The notes under the pieces: model-generated
The model's input: the letters and a program-made list of their open reading frames with translations, nothing else
Databases searched by the model: none
Told to the model about the DNA's origin: nothing
Program-made: the position numbers and the translations under genes
Shown here: piece after piece, positions 37,853-47,343 of the stretch
Position numbering within the stretch: position 1 is the stretch's first letter
Layout of the letters: each line of letters begins with the position of its first letter
DNA from: an uncultured Candidatus Saccharibacteria bacterium
GTDB lineage: Bacteria; Patescibacteriota; Minisyncoccia; Phycocordibacterales; PALSA-1337
Direction: 5' to 3'
Assembly (NCBI GenBank): GCA_964495685.1
Contig: CAZBVQ010000001.1
Span: forward strand, 297,521 to 361,520
Length of the DNA stretch: 64,000 nt

Positions 37853-38521
37853 ATGTCTCATACCGTACATCCATATTCACACCGCTTGGGAGTCATCCGC
37901 GACTGGAAGAGCCGCTGGTTCGGTATACACCGTGGATATCGTACGTCACTCAAGGCTGACCTTCTCATTCGTGAATTTCTCATGGTTGAGTTCCGCCCGC
38001 ACTTCGTCGGTGGTGTCGATATTGAGCGCAACCAAAAAGTCCTTCGTGTTATCGTCAAGACATCTCGTCCGGGTATGATCATCGGCAAGGCAGGAGACGG
38101 TGTGGTAAAGCTTCGCGAAAAGGTCCTCAAACTCCTTCGCGACAACAAGGCCGAGGTCGCTGGTCAGGAGCTCAAGATCGATATCGAAGAAGTCCGCAAC
38201 CCAGAATCCAATGCCGCTATTGCTGGATTGATGATTGCTGAGTCGCTCGAGAAGCGCCTCCCATTCCGCCGTGTCATGAAGCAGACTATCGAGAAGGTTA
38301 TGGCTAACAAGGATGTTCAGGGTATTCGTATCCGCCTCGGTGGTCGCCTCGGTGGTGCCGAAATCGCACGCAGCGAAGAGCTCAAGAAAGGACGCATCCC
38401 GCTCCAGACACTTCGTGCAGATATTGATTTTGCTCGTGAGAAGGCCCACATGACCTACGGTGATATCGGTATCAAGGTCTGGATCTACAAGGGTGAAATT
38501 TTCAAGAAAGATCAGAAATAA
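37853..38521 (+). CDS. rpsC: 30S ribosomal protein S3
   Basis: KH and S3-C domains; GIRIRLGGRLGGAEIAR. Confidence 0.95.
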   Translation: MSHTVHPYSHRLGVIRDWKSRWFGIHRGYRTSLKADLLIREFLMVEFRPHFVGGVDIERNQKVLRVIVKTSRPGMIIGKAGDGVVKLREKVLKLLRDNKAEVAGQELKIDIEEVRNPESNAAIAGLMIAESLEKRLPFRRVMKQTIEKVMANKDVQGIRIRLGGRLGGAEIARSEELKKGRIPLQTLRADIDFAREKAHMTYGDIGIKVWIYKGEIFKKDQK

Positions 38522-38545
38522 TTTCGTTAGCTTTTATCTACTACC

Positions 38546-38971
38546 ATGTTATTCCCGAAGAAAGTAAAACACCGCAAGCATTTCGTGAAGCGCAAGAATC
38601 GCGCCAAGGAAGCTGCCAAGACTGAGACTCGTGGCGTTACGGTCGCTTTTGGCTCATTTGGTCTCAAGGCCATGACCTACGGTCGTGTCACTTCCAATCA
38701 GATCGAAGCAGCCCGCAAAGTCATGGCTCGTTACGCGACCAAGTCAGGCAAGGTCTGGATCCGCATTTTCCCAGACATGCCGTTCACTCAGAAGCCTGCT
38801 GAAGTCAAAATGGGTAAGGGCAAGGGAGATCCAGTCGGTTTCGTGGCTGAGGTCCGTCCAGGTCGTGTCATGTTCGAGATCGACGGTGTCGAGAATGCCG
38901 TTGCAGCCGAAGCTTTGCGCAAGGCCGGTACCAAGCTTCCCGTCAAGACCAAGATCGTAGCTCGTATATAA
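38546..38971 (+). CDS. rplP: 50S ribosomal protein L16
   Basis: [13 protein letters not shown]...RG; conserved L16. Confidence 0.95.
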   Translation: MLFPKKVKHRKHFVKRKNRAKEAAKTETRGVTVAFGSFGLKAMTYGRVTSNQIEAARKVMARYATKSGKVWIRIFPDMPFTQKPAEVKMGKGKGDPVGFVAEVRPGRVMFEIDGVENAVAAEALRKAGTKLPVKTKIVARI

Positions 38972-38976
38972 CCACC

Positions 38977-39168
38977 ATGGAAATCAAAGACATACAAACC
39001 AAGACACCGACCGATATTGCCAAGCTTGTTGCCGAAAAGCGTGAAGCACTTCGTGCATTTCGATTCGGTGGCGCTGGTGCCAAGACCAAGAACGTCAAGG
39101 AGGGCAGAGGTATCCGCAAGGATATCGCACGATTGCTTACGGTGCTCAATAAGCCCAACAAGGCATAA
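38977..39168 (+). CDS. rpmC: 50S ribosomal protein L29
   Basis: 63 aa; L29 pattern (L..EL..LR...F..GG) and position in the operon. Confidence 0.85.
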   Translation: MEIKDIQTKTPTDIAKLVAEKREALRAFRFGGAGAKTKNVKEGRGIRKDIARLLTVLNKPNKA

Positions 39169-39211
39169 GACCTAGACATACGACCCAATTTCAAGTAATA
39201 TCACCATTCAC

Positions 39212-39472
39212 ATGTCAGCATCTACCACACAAGCCAAGAAAGACATACAGCGCCAGAAGTTCACTGGTGTGGTAGTTTCCAACAAAATGAAGGACACGGT
39301 TACTGTCCTTATTGAGCGTTACGTCAAGCACGACAAGTACCACAAGTTCATGAATAAGCGTACTCGTCTCATGGCACATGATGCTGGCAACACCAAGCAG
39401 ATGGGCGACACAGTCACTATTGAGGCATGCCGACCGATTTCCAAGAATAAGGCATTCAAAGTGATCGCATAG
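39212..39472 (+). CDS. rpsQ: 30S ribosomal protein S17
   Basis: GVVVSNKMKDTVTV...HDKYHKF. Confidence 0.9.
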   Translation: MSASTTQAKKDIQRQKFTGVVVSNKMKDTVTVLIERYVKHDKYHKFMNKRTRLMAHDAGNTKQMGDTVTIEACRPISKNKAFKVIA

Positions 39473-39488
39473 TTTTTATACCACTACC

Positions 39489-39860
39489 ATGATTCAACCT
39501 CGTTCAATCGTAAATATCGCTGACAACTCCGGTGCCAAGATCGGCCGTATCTTCAAGGTGCTTGGTGCTTCACACAAGCGTTATGCTGAGATTGGTGAAG
39601 TCGTGGTGCTCTCAGTCCAGAAGGCCGAGCCACGCAAGGCCATCAAGAAGAAAGACGTTCTCCATGCCGTCGTCGTCCGTCAGGTCAAGCCGACTCGTCG
39701 CAAAGATGGTTCATATGTCCGTTTCGATGAGAACGCAGTTGTCATTATCGAAAAGAACAAGAAAGAGCCGATTGCTGGACGTATCTTCGGTCCGATTCCT
39801 CGTGAGGTCGCCGAGGCAGGTTTCAAGACCATCGCTTCACGTGCCCCAGAGATCGTATAA
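39489..39860 (+). CDS. rplN: 50S ribosomal protein L14
   Basis: MIQPRSIVNIADNSGAK. Confidence 0.95.
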   Translation: MIQPRSIVNIADNSGAKIGRIFKVLGASHKRYAEIGEVVVLSVQKAEPRKAIKKKDVLHAVVVRQVKPTRRKDGSYVRFDENAVVIIEKNKKEPIAGRIFGPIPREVAEAGFKTIASRAPEIV

Positions 39861-39871
39861 CTTCAACTACC

Positions 39872-40087
39872 ATGCATATCAAGAAAGGCGACACAGTGAC
39901 CATACTCTCAGGTGATGACAAGGGCAAGACCGGCAAGGTCGTTGTGGCATTTCCTGATCAGGGCAAAGTAGTCGTCGAAGGTATCAATACTGTCCGCAAG
40001 CACCAGCGTCCGACACGTCAGGGCCAGAAGGGTCAGGTCGTCGATGTTGCTATGCCTATCCACGCATCCAAGGTTGCCAAGAAATAA
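39872..40087 (+). CDS. rplX: 50S ribosomal protein L24 (short, KOW domain)
   Basis: MHIKKGDTVTILSGDDKGKTGKV KOW motif; 71 aa. Confidence 0.85.
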   Translation: MHIKKGDTVTILSGDDKGKTGKVVVAFPDQGKVVVEGINTVRKHQRPTRQGQKGQVVDVAMPIHASKVAKK

Positions 40088-40092
40088 TCACC

Positions 40093-40647
40093 ATGAAACA
40101 TACTACCGTTGCAGAACTCAATAAGGGATCATACAAAGCGCTCAAAGAGAAGCTTGGTTTGACCAATCCGATGCAGGCACCTCGTCTCCTCAAGGCAGTT
40201 ATTTCCAATAGTTTCGGTTCGATCAAGGACAAGCGCAAGATTGATCTTATTGCAGATCGTCTGGCCAAGATCACTGGCCAGAAGCCGGCCGTCCGTGTGA
40301 CCAAGAAAGCCATCGCCACATTCAAGACTCGTCAAGGTGATGCTATCGGATACCAGATCACTCTCCGTGGTGCACGCATGTTCGATTTCATGGAGCGCCT
40401 CATCCATATCGCCCTTCCTCGTACCAAGGATTTCCGCGGTCTCTCACGTACCTCAGTCGATGCTATGGGCAACTACACGTTCGGTATCAAGGAACACACT
40501 ATTTTCCCGGAGACTTCAGATGAAGATCTCAAGGACGTATTCGGTTTCGCTATCACATTGGTCACTACGTCACGCGATAAGCAGTCTACTCTCGCATTCC
40601 TCGAGCATCTCGGTATGCCGCTCAAGAGGGAGGAGGGGAAGAAATAG
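40093..40647 (+). CDS. rplE: 50S ribosomal protein L5
   Basis: Conserved L5 blocks (RLLKAVISNSFG, YQITLRGARM). Confidence 0.95.
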   Translation: MKHTTVAELNKGSYKALKEKLGLTNPMQAPRLLKAVISNSFGSIKDKRKIDLIADRLAKITGQKPAVRVTKKAIATFKTRQGDAIGYQITLRGARMFDFMERLIHIALPRTKDFRGLSRTSVDAMGNYTFGIKEHTIFPETSDEDLKDVFGFAITLVTTSRDKQSTLAFLEHLGMPLKREEGKK

Positions 40648-40673
40648 GCCAGTACACAGATTCAATAAATTAG

Positions 40674-40710
40674 AAGCGCCGACCTCACGAAGAGGGCGGC
40701 GCTTGGTTTC
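40674..40710. terminator. bidirectional terminator between rplE and convergent pyrC
   Basis: AAGCGCCG-N15-CGGCGCTT hairpin flanked by T-rich sequence on both readings. Confidence 0.6.
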
Positions 40711-40723
40711 TGGTGCTGTAAGG

Positions 40724-41830
40724 TTACGATTGTTTGATTCGCCACTGCAACATCTCACCGGCCATGAACGGTGTCACTGTGCCAGCACCACTGTCATATC
40801 GTCTAGGCACAGTCCAAGGTTCTTTGACCAGAGCAAGGGCACTTCCATTAGCTGCCTCGGACAGTCCGTATGCAGACAGTCCATTGTACGAGGTGAATGT
40901 CTCCAACATATCCAACTCACCCCGTTCCTCAAATAATTGCGCTAGCCAGGGAATGGCGATTTCCGCTGGATTGAAGACGCCAGCGCAAGCGCAGTCCATG
41001 TTAACCTGATCGTACAGGTGCTTGAGATGATACTTGTGTGGGGCGCTGTCGGTGATTGAGATGAATCCCGGATCTCCCGAAATTGCCGCCCCAATGAGTA
41101 CGGATTGATCATGAGGATACTTGGCACAAGGCCAGCAGTGATGATCCACATTTCCGAGGACATTGTCGAGAGTGAGCCTCAGGTGATGTCCTGTAATAGT
41201 GCCATACACCTTGTTTCTAGTTTGCCGCAAGTCATGTATCAATTGTACGGTCCGGTGGTCAGTCATGTGCTCGACGAAGATGCGAAGTGCTGGGAATCGC
41301 CTACCATATTCCACAATCACTTCGTGAAACTGGCGCTCGCGTGTCAGACAAAACGAATGTGGAAGTTCTGGGTGTATTTGGAATACGAGATTGAGCTCTT
41401 CCATACGTTCGAGACAACGGTGGATTTGCCGCGAAGCGAAGTTTGAGACTCCGCCATGCTGGGCACCGGTGGTTACCCCATCAGGATAGAGTTTGAGGCC
41501 GATACATCCAGCACGAGCGGCGTCGCTGATCATTGTCGGGGTTGTTTGCGGTGTGAGCTTGAGTAAGAACAGTGGCCTGCAGCAGCTTCCTTCGGGTAGA
41601 GCACCGAGGACCAACTGCTGGTATGCCAGCATGTCGTGAACATTCTCGATGTGATGGCTTCTGTTTGCTGGATCCAAGAACGTATTTGGCTCGACGACTA
41701 CATAGCGATAGTGTGCACAGTTGGCTCTGACTAACATGCGGAAACATCGATTACCAACTTGCGCAGGACTGCGCAAATGTGTATGGAAGTCACTCGGTCG
41801 ACGGATGCGGATTTCTTTCAGTCGTTTCAT
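40724..41830 (-). CDS. pyrC: dihydroorotase (type II, E. coli PyrC-like)
   Basis: 368 aa; end-to-end resemblance to E. coli PyrC: RRPSDFHTHLR (E. coli DDWHLHLR), KLYPDGVTT, SDSAPH (E. coli TDSAPH), C-terminal PFMAGEMLQWRIKQ (E. coli PFLAGETVRWSVKQ). Confidence 0.85.
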   Translation of the reverse strand: MKRLKEIRIRRPSDFHTHLRSPAQVGNRCFRMLVRANCAHYRYVVVEPNTFLDPANRSHHIENVHDMLAYQQLVLGALPEGSCCRPLFLLKLTPQTTPTMISDAARAGCIGLKLYPDGVTTGAQHGGVSNFASRQIHRCLERMEELNLVFQIHPELPHSFCLTRERQFHEVIVEYGRRFPALRIFVEHMTDHRTVQLIHDLRQTRNKVYGTITGHHLRLTLDNVLGNVDHHCWPCAKYPHDQSVLIGAAISGDPGFISITDSAPHKYHLKHLYDQVNMDCACAGVFNPAEIAIPWLAQLFEERGELDMLETFTSYNGLSAYGLSEAANGSALALVKEPWTVPRRYDSGAGTVTPFMAGEMLQWRIKQS

Positions 41831-41974
41831 AGGTTTTCAATGGTGTTCAGGGTTTCGGTTGGGTCTGTCGGCATGCTACATTGCTTATACTCTATTTGCA
41901 AGAAGATAGTGGCGGATTCTTTGTGTGTAAAAAGGCCGCCCAGTTGTCTGGGCGGCCGTGTTGTCTGAGTGCTT

Positions 41975-42952
41975 TCAGTCGTATTTGTGGCCCCACTCAC
42001 ACCCTCGAGTTATGATTGACCGTAGTCGCCAAGGGCGTAGCGGTGCGGCCGTGCCGATGAAGATTGACTGAGCGCATTTCCATTCTGCGAGTTGATCAGC
42101 ATCGTGTATAGACATGATACCACCGCCGACATTTAGAGGAACTCTTCCGTCAAGCTCGGAATACCTAGCTACCCAATCCCGGACGATCCCAGTGATCGGA
42201 GATCCCGACAAGCCACCATTACCGAATCCATATTTTGCCAGTGGTGAAGTCGTCGACTCGAAAAGTCCTTTCCAATCAATCCGGTCGGATAACTCTCCCC
42301 AAGGGACAGTGTTGGAGACGCATATCGCATCACACAGATGACTCTCGGAGAATTCCACTGCAAGTTCCGGTGGGATCAAGGCATTGAATTTCGGAATAGT
42401 CGGGATATCGAGGGTTGAAGCAATTTCTAGTCCCTCGAGTACTTCAGCCAACAATTCACGAAGGTCATGTTTGACGTTCGGGCATGACCAGTTGATCTGC
42501 AAGGCTATCGATGCCTTGAAATTAGGCAGATACGTTTTCAACAAACTGATGAAGTTACGTAGCTCATACATACGTTCTTGTCGTGTCTTGCCTATGGCCA
42601 TGAATGAGAGTACGAATGGTTTCGTCCGTGCTTGCCAACGGCCATCATCCAGGTAGAAGCGGGCACCCAGATTGGATAGTCCGACTGCGTTCAACATAGC
42701 GCCCGCCCGGAAGTTGGCGACGATGCACCTAGGCCTGAATTCACGTGGAGTTGTGCCGTCGGGGTAGAGTGGCATGTTTCCAGGATTTGGATTCAACGTG
42801 ATTGTTTTGGCCACGAAGGTGACGTTCTTGAACGTGAACAGGCCAGGAAACATAATACGATAGTAGCGATGGAATGGATATCCTTCACCCCAGAATCCTT
42901 GAACCCCCGATGCTCCCCAGACAGGGCCGAAGTCGATGCCGTGTAATTTCAT
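41975..42952 (-). CDS. pyrD: dihydroorotate dehydrogenase-like protein (PyrD family, class 1-like with active-site Cys)
   Basis: Start at ATG 42952 (the track ORF begins at TTG 42991); motifs GPVWGASGV, NAVGLSNLG, QINWSCPNV (Cys base), NVGGGIMSIHDA match DHOD family blocks. Confidence 0.75.
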   Translation of the reverse strand: MKLHGIDFGPVWGASGVQGFWGEGYPFHRYYRIMFPGLFTFKNVTFVAKTITLNPNPGNMPLYPDGTTPREFRPRCIVANFRAGAMLNAVGLSNLGARFYLDDGRWQARTKPFVLSFMAIGKTRQERMYELRNFISLLKTYLPNFKASIALQINWSCPNVKHDLRELLAEVLEGLEIASTLDIPTIPKFNALIPPELAVEFSESHLCDAICVSNTVPWGELSDRIDWKGLFESTTSPLAKYGFGNGGLSGSPITGIVRDWVARYSELDGRVPLNVGGGIMSIHDADQLAEWKCAQSIFIGTAAPLRPWRLRSIITRGCEWGHKYD

Positions 42953-43048
42953 AGATTTTGCTTTCTTTGTCCTGTTTTTTCTGATCTGCAATCAGACTAA
43001 TCTATAGCATGGTAATACGCAAGTTATAAGATGATCATTGCCACACAT

Positions 43049-43077
43049 TTGACCTCTCTCCATGAGTTTGCTATAGT
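43049..43077 (+). promoter_or_regulatory. promoter TTGACC-N17-TATAGT restarting the spc operon at rpsN
   Basis: Good -35/-10 with 17-nt spacer; a 5' UTR hairpin TCCGCC-CAG-GGCGGA at 43123-43140 follows. Confidence 0.55.
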
Positions 43078-43189
43078 ACCCACACCTTACTTTATAAAGG
43101 TTTTCATACCTAAACATCGATTGGAAGCACATTTCCGCCCAGGGCGGAAAATAGCTAACCAATCCTCGTTTTATTGAAACGAAACATTC

Positions 43190-43375
43190 ATGGCAAAGAC
43201 ATCAGTCATCGTACGATCCCAGAGAAAGCCGAAATTCAAGTCGCGCGTTGTTCGCCGTTGTTTCCGTTGCGGTCGCAAGCACGGATATATGAGAGATTTC
43301 GATCTCTGCCGTATTTGTTTCCGTGAGTTCGCCAACGAAGGCGTTATTCCAGGTATCAAGAAATCTTCGTGGTAA
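43190..43375 (+). CDS. rpsN: 30S ribosomal protein S14 type Z (zinc-binding)
   Basis: 61 aa with [10 protein letters not shown]...CRIC zinc ribbon. Confidence 0.9.
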   Translation: MAKTSVIVRSQRKPKFKSRVVRRCFRCGRKHGYMRDFDLCRICFREFANEGVIPGIKKSSW

Positions 43376-43391
43376 TTCCTTTTTTACTCTC

Positions 43392-43778
43392 ATGATTACC
43401 GATTCTATCGCCAACCTCATTACTCGCATCAAGAACGCCAGCGACGCCCGCAAAGTCTCTGTTGTGGTACCTCATTCCAAATTGGTAGAGAACATTGCTC
43501 ATGCTCTCAAAAAGTCAGGATATCTTTCGAGTGTTCAGGCAAACAAGGCAGCTCATGAGCTCGAGCTCGGTATCGTCTACCTCGACAGTGCTCCACGTGT
43601 CACTGGCGTCGAACGTGTATCCAAGACCTCTCGTCGTATGTATCAGAAGTCTGGTGACATCCGCGTGTTCCGTAGTGGTTTCGGTAATACATTCTTGTCT
43701 ACTCCCAAGGGTATCTTGGTTGACATGGATGCCAAGAAGCTCAAGGTCGGCGGGGAAGTCCTCTTCAGAATTTGGTAA
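43392..43778 (+). CDS. rpsH: 30S ribosomal protein S8
   Basis: Start at internal Met MITDSIANLITRIKNA; S8 core. Confidence 0.9.
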   Translation: MITDSIANLITRIKNASDARKVSVVVPHSKLVENIAHALKKSGYLSSVQANKAAHELELGIVYLDSAPRVTGVERVSKTSRRMYQKSGDIRVFRSGFGNTFLSTPKGILVDMDAKKLKVGGEVLFRIW

Positions 43779-43792
43779 TTTTCATCACTATC

Positions 43793-44326
43793 ATGTCACG
43801 CATCGCAAAAAAACCTATCACCATTCCTGCCAAGACTGAGGCCAGCTTCTCAGGTGGCGTTATGACCATCAAGGGTCCTCTCGGTACACTCACCAAGACA
43901 TTTCGCCCGTATATTGGCGTCGTTGTCGAGAATGGTGCCATCACCCTTACGCTCAATAGTAATACTCTTCAGGCCCGTGCATTGTGGGGTACGTATGCTT
44001 CGCACATCAAGAACATGCTTGCTGGAGTCAACAAGCCCTACGAGAAGAAGCTCGTAGTCGAAGGTATCGGTTTCAAGGCAGACGTCAAAGGTGCCAATCT
44101 TGTTATGTCTGTCGGTTTTTCTCATCCTGTCACTCTAGCCATTCCTTCAGATCTCAAAGTTACTAGCGAGAAGAACATTGTGACGGTTTCAGGTATTGAC
44201 TGTGAGAAGGTCGGTCAGTTCGCTGCCGTTGTACGTGCTACCAAGAAGCCGGAGCCGTATCTCGGTAAGGGTATCCGCTATATCGATGAGGTCATTCGTC
44301 GCAAGCAGGGTAAGAAGGCTGCATAA
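43793..44326 (+). CDS. rplF: 50S ribosomal protein L6
   Basis: MSRIAKKPITIP...; two L6 repeats. Confidence 0.9.
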   Translation: MSRIAKKPITIPAKTEASFSGGVMTIKGPLGTLTKTFRPYIGVVVENGAITLTLNSNTLQARALWGTYASHIKNMLAGVNKPYEKKLVVEGIGFKADVKGANLVMSVGFSHPVTLAIPSDLKVTSEKNIVTVSGIDCEKVGQFAAVVRATKKPEPYLGKGIRYIDEVIRRKQGKKAA

Positions 44327-44337
44327 TCATCACTATC

Positions 44338-44688
44338 ATGAAGACTATCCAGAAGAAACAACTCGTATTCGCCCGAAGGAAAGCACGCATTCGTGCCAAG
44401 ATTTCTGGTACAGCAGAACGTCCGCGACTCGCTATCTTCAAGTCACATCGTTATATCTATGCCCAGCTTATAGATGATACCAAGGGCCACACTATCGCCG
44501 CATTTGACTCTGGCCGATCAAAAGCCAAGACCCCGACTGACCGTGCCAAGGATGTTGGTGTCGAAATTGCCAAGAGAGCAAAGGATGCCAAAGTATCCAA
44601 AGTCGTCTTCGATCGCGGTGGATATTTGTATACCGGTAAGATCAAGATGGTCGCCGATGCTGCACGTGAAGCAGGACTCCAATTTTAA
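44338..44688 (+). CDS. rplR: 50S ribosomal protein L18
   Basis: RLAIFKSHRYIYAQLIDD and C-terminal GGY.YTGK pattern. Confidence 0.9.
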   Translation: MKTIQKKQLVFARRKARIRAKISGTAERPRLAIFKSHRYIYAQLIDDTKGHTIAAFDSGRSKAKTPTDRAKDVGVEIAKRAKDAKVSKVVFDRGGYLYTGKIKMVADAAREAGLQF

Positions 44689-44703
44689 TTATTCATTACT
44701 CAT

Positions 44704-45381
44704 ATGACCGCACAAGATATCAAGACCAATAACGAATCAGCTCCGGTGAAGGTACCGTCGACAGGTGTTGATGCTGCATCTGTGGCTCCAGAAGTTGCTG
44801 CCAGTGCAAACAAAATCACTCCAGGACGCAAGATGCGAGGAGATTCAGCACGTCGTGGCGGTTCGAGTGGACCTCGCGCTCCTCGTGGTGGTGCTCGTGG
44901 CGAACCTCGTGAGCGTGTCAAACCCGAGTTTGATTCCAAGATCATCGATATTCGTCGTGTGACCCGTGTGACTTCAGGTGGTCGCCGTATGAATTTCAGT
45001 GTTGCTGTCGTTGCTGGTGATCGCAAGGGTCGTGTCGGCGTCGGTCTCGGCAAGAGTATCGATACTGCCTCAGCTGTCGAGAAGGCTACTCGTGATGCCA
45101 AGAAAAATCTCATCAAGGTTCCTTTGTCTGCACAGATGACTATTCCTCATGCGGTAGAAGCCAAGTATGCTAGTGCTCGCGTCATGATTTTCCCAGCTCG
45201 TGGACGTGGAGTGGTCGCTGGTAGCTCAGCTCGTGCTGTCATCGAAATGGCCGGCATCAAGGATGTGTGTGCCAAATACATCTCAGGTAGCAAGAATCGT
45301 CTCAACAACGCCAAGGTAGCTATCGAGGCATTGCGTAGACTTACCAAAGTATCGCGCGCGGTTCTCAATCCGAACAAATAG
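44704..45381 (+). CDS. rpsE: 30S ribosomal protein S5 (long N-terminal extension)
   Basis: Core RVTRVTSGGRRMNFSVAVVAGDRKGRVGVGLGKS; about 70-aa Arg/Gly/Ala-rich extension. Confidence 0.9.
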   Translation: MTAQDIKTNNESAPVKVPSTGVDAASVAPEVAASANKITPGRKMRGDSARRGGSSGPRAPRGGARGEPRERVKPEFDSKIIDIRRVTRVTSGGRRMNFSVAVVAGDRKGRVGVGLGKSIDTASAVEKATRDAKKNLIKVPLSAQMTIPHAVEAKYASARVMIFPARGRGVVAGSSARAVIEMAGIKDVCAKYISGSKNRLNNAKVAIEALRRLTKVSRAVLNPNK

Positions 45382-45411
45382 TTTTCCATTTTAATTTTCC
45401 CATCTACTACC

Positions 45412-46020
45412 ATGCAATTCCATAATCTACAACGCAAGACTCCCAACATGAAGCGCATGATTGTTGCTCGTGGTGGCAAGCGTGGCAAGACTTCAGGCCG
45501 TGGTGGCAAGGGTCAATCAGCTCGTGCTGGTAACAAACGCCGTCCAGAATGGCGTGACATCATCAAGAAGCTCCCGAAGTTGCGTGGTCGTGGTGTCAAC
45601 CAAAACAAGCCAGTATCTCTGAAGCCGATTGTCATTAATGTGTCTATCATCGAAGGTGCATTCGCTGCAAACGAAGCTATTACCCCGACTGTTCTTGTCG
45701 AGAAGGGTATTGTTGCTACTATGTCTGGCGTCATCCCGATGATCAAGATTCTCGGTGACGGTGAAATCACCAAGGCGCTCAAGTTCTCTGGTTGTTACGT
45801 TTCAGAGAGTGCCAAGGCCAAGATCGAAAAAGCTGGTGGTTCTGTCACGCTTCCTGCGTCACGCGTTATTCCCAAACAGAAGGGTCCGACTCATGAGAGC
45901 GATAGGGCTGTAGTTGTCGAGAAGAAGGTTGCTCCTGCCAAGGAGACCAAAAAAGCAGGGAAGGGAGCCAAGTCGAACAAGAAAGCCGCTGACAAAAAGT
46001 CAGAAGAGAAGAGCGCCTAA
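45412..46020 (+). CDS. rplO: 50S ribosomal protein L15 (C-terminal Lys-rich extension); follows rpsE directly, no L30
   Basis: RGGKRGKTSGRGGKGQ pattern; only 30 nt separate rpsE and rplO so there is no room for rpmD. Confidence 0.85.
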   Translation: MQFHNLQRKTPNMKRMIVARGGKRGKTSGRGGKGQSARAGNKRRPEWRDIIKKLPKLRGRGVNQNKPVSLKPIVINVSIIEGAFAANEAITPTVLVEKGIVATMSGVIPMIKILGDGEITKALKFSGCYVSESAKAKIEKAGGSVTLPASRVIPKQKGPTHESDRAVVVEKKVAPAKETKKAGKGAKSNKKAADKKSEEKSA

Positions 46021-46026
46021 TATCAT

Positions 46027-47298
46027 ATGAATAATTTCGCCCAGAAAATAACCGCAGCACTCAAGGATCCGATTCTCCGCAAGAGAGTCGGGTTCACCAT
46101 TCTTGCCTTGGTGCTCTTCCGTCTCTTGGCGACTATTCCAATTCCAGGTGTCAATGCTGCCAATCTTTCGACATTGCTCAATTCGAGCCAGTTCTTCGGT
46201 TTCCTCAATATTTTTTCAGGAGGAGGTCTTTCCAATCTATCGATTGTGATGTTGGGTGTCGGACCGTTCATTACCGCATCTATCGTTATTCAGCTCCTCA
46301 CTATGATGTTCCCCAAGTGGAAGGCTCTTATGCATGAAGAAGGGGAAGCTGGCCGTCTCAAGTTGTCACATTACTCACGTCTTTTGTCAGTTCCGTTGGC
46401 GATCGTCTCGGCTATCGGATTCATGGTCTTGCTCCAGTCCCAGAATGTCCTGCCACATCTCGATACGATGGCATACATCATCAACATCATCGTTATCACT
46501 GCTGGCTCAATGTTGCTTATGTGGATCGGTGAACTCATCTCAGAATTTGGTATTGGCAACGGTGTTTCACTCATCATCTTCGCCGGTATCGTCTCAGTGT
46601 TGCCGACCCGTTTGACACAGTTCGTGGCTGATTATAACGTCGGCAATCTTCCTGTGTACATTGCAGGACTCGTCATCGGACTTGTCGTCGTCGCGGGCGT
46701 TGTCTATGTGACTGAGGCTGAGCGCTCAGTGCCTGTAACGTATGCCAAGCAGGTAAGGGGCAACAAAGTCTACGGTGGCGCATCGACCTATCTCCCGCTC
46801 CGCCTCAATCAGGCAGGTGTTATCCCTATCATCTTCGCACTCTCGATTTTGCTCTTCCCGCAAATCATTTCCAATTTCTTGTCACATGTTTCCAATGCTA
46901 CGATTGCCGGATACGCATCGGCCTTCACTGCATTCTTCAATAACCAGTGGGTGTATGGCATTCTCTACTTCGTTCTCGTCGTAGCCTTCACGTACTTCTA
47001 CACCGCAGTGACATTCGATCCCAAGCAGATTTCAGAGAACCTCCAGCGTTCAGGTGCTTTCATTCCTGGCGTTCGTCCAGGCGAGCATACTCGTGACCAT
47101 CTCGCATCTATTGTTACCCGCATCACTCTCGTTGGTTCGATTTTCTTGGGCGCCGTCGCCATCTTGCCACTTATTATGCAAGGATTCACTGGCAACAAGA
47201 CATTGGCCATCGGCGGTACCGCGCTTCTCATCGTCGTGTCGGTAGTTCTCGATCTTCTCAAGAAGATTGACGCTCAAGTGTCGATGCGTGAATATTAA
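46027..47298 (+). CDS. secY: preprotein translocase subunit SecY
   Basis: 423 aa, 10 TM helices, conserved SecY blocks (LMWIGELISEFGIGNGVSLIIFAGI). Confidence 0.95.
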   Translation: MNNFAQKITAALKDPILRKRVGFTILALVLFRLLATIPIPGVNAANLSTLLNSSQFFGFLNIFSGGGLSNLSIVMLGVGPFITASIVIQLLTMMFPKWKALMHEEGEAGRLKLSHYSRLLSVPLAIVSAIGFMVLLQSQNVLPHLDTMAYIINIIVITAGSMLLMWIGELISEFGIGNGVSLIIFAGIVSVLPTRLTQFVADYNVGNLPVYIAGLVIGLVVVAGVVYVTEAERSVPVTYAKQVRGNKVYGGASTYLPLRLNQAGVIPIIFALSILLFPQIISNFLSHVSNATIAGYASAFTAFFNNQWVYGILYFVLVVAFTYFYTAVTFDPKQISENLQRSGAFIPGVRPGEHTRDHLASIVTRITLVGSIFLGAVAILPLIMQGFTGNKTLAIGGTALLIVVSVVLDLLKKIDAQVSMREY

Positions 47299-47343
47299 TT
47301 AATCAAATTGACCACCAAATAGAATTCTGGTAGATTCAAACGT

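Noticed and set aside
33215-47298. Antisense and alternative-frame ORFs throughout tuf and the ribosomal protein cluster (for example 35059-35550, 40337-40936, 44700-45116)
   Set aside because: They overlap highly conserved ribosomal genes in other frames; no independent support
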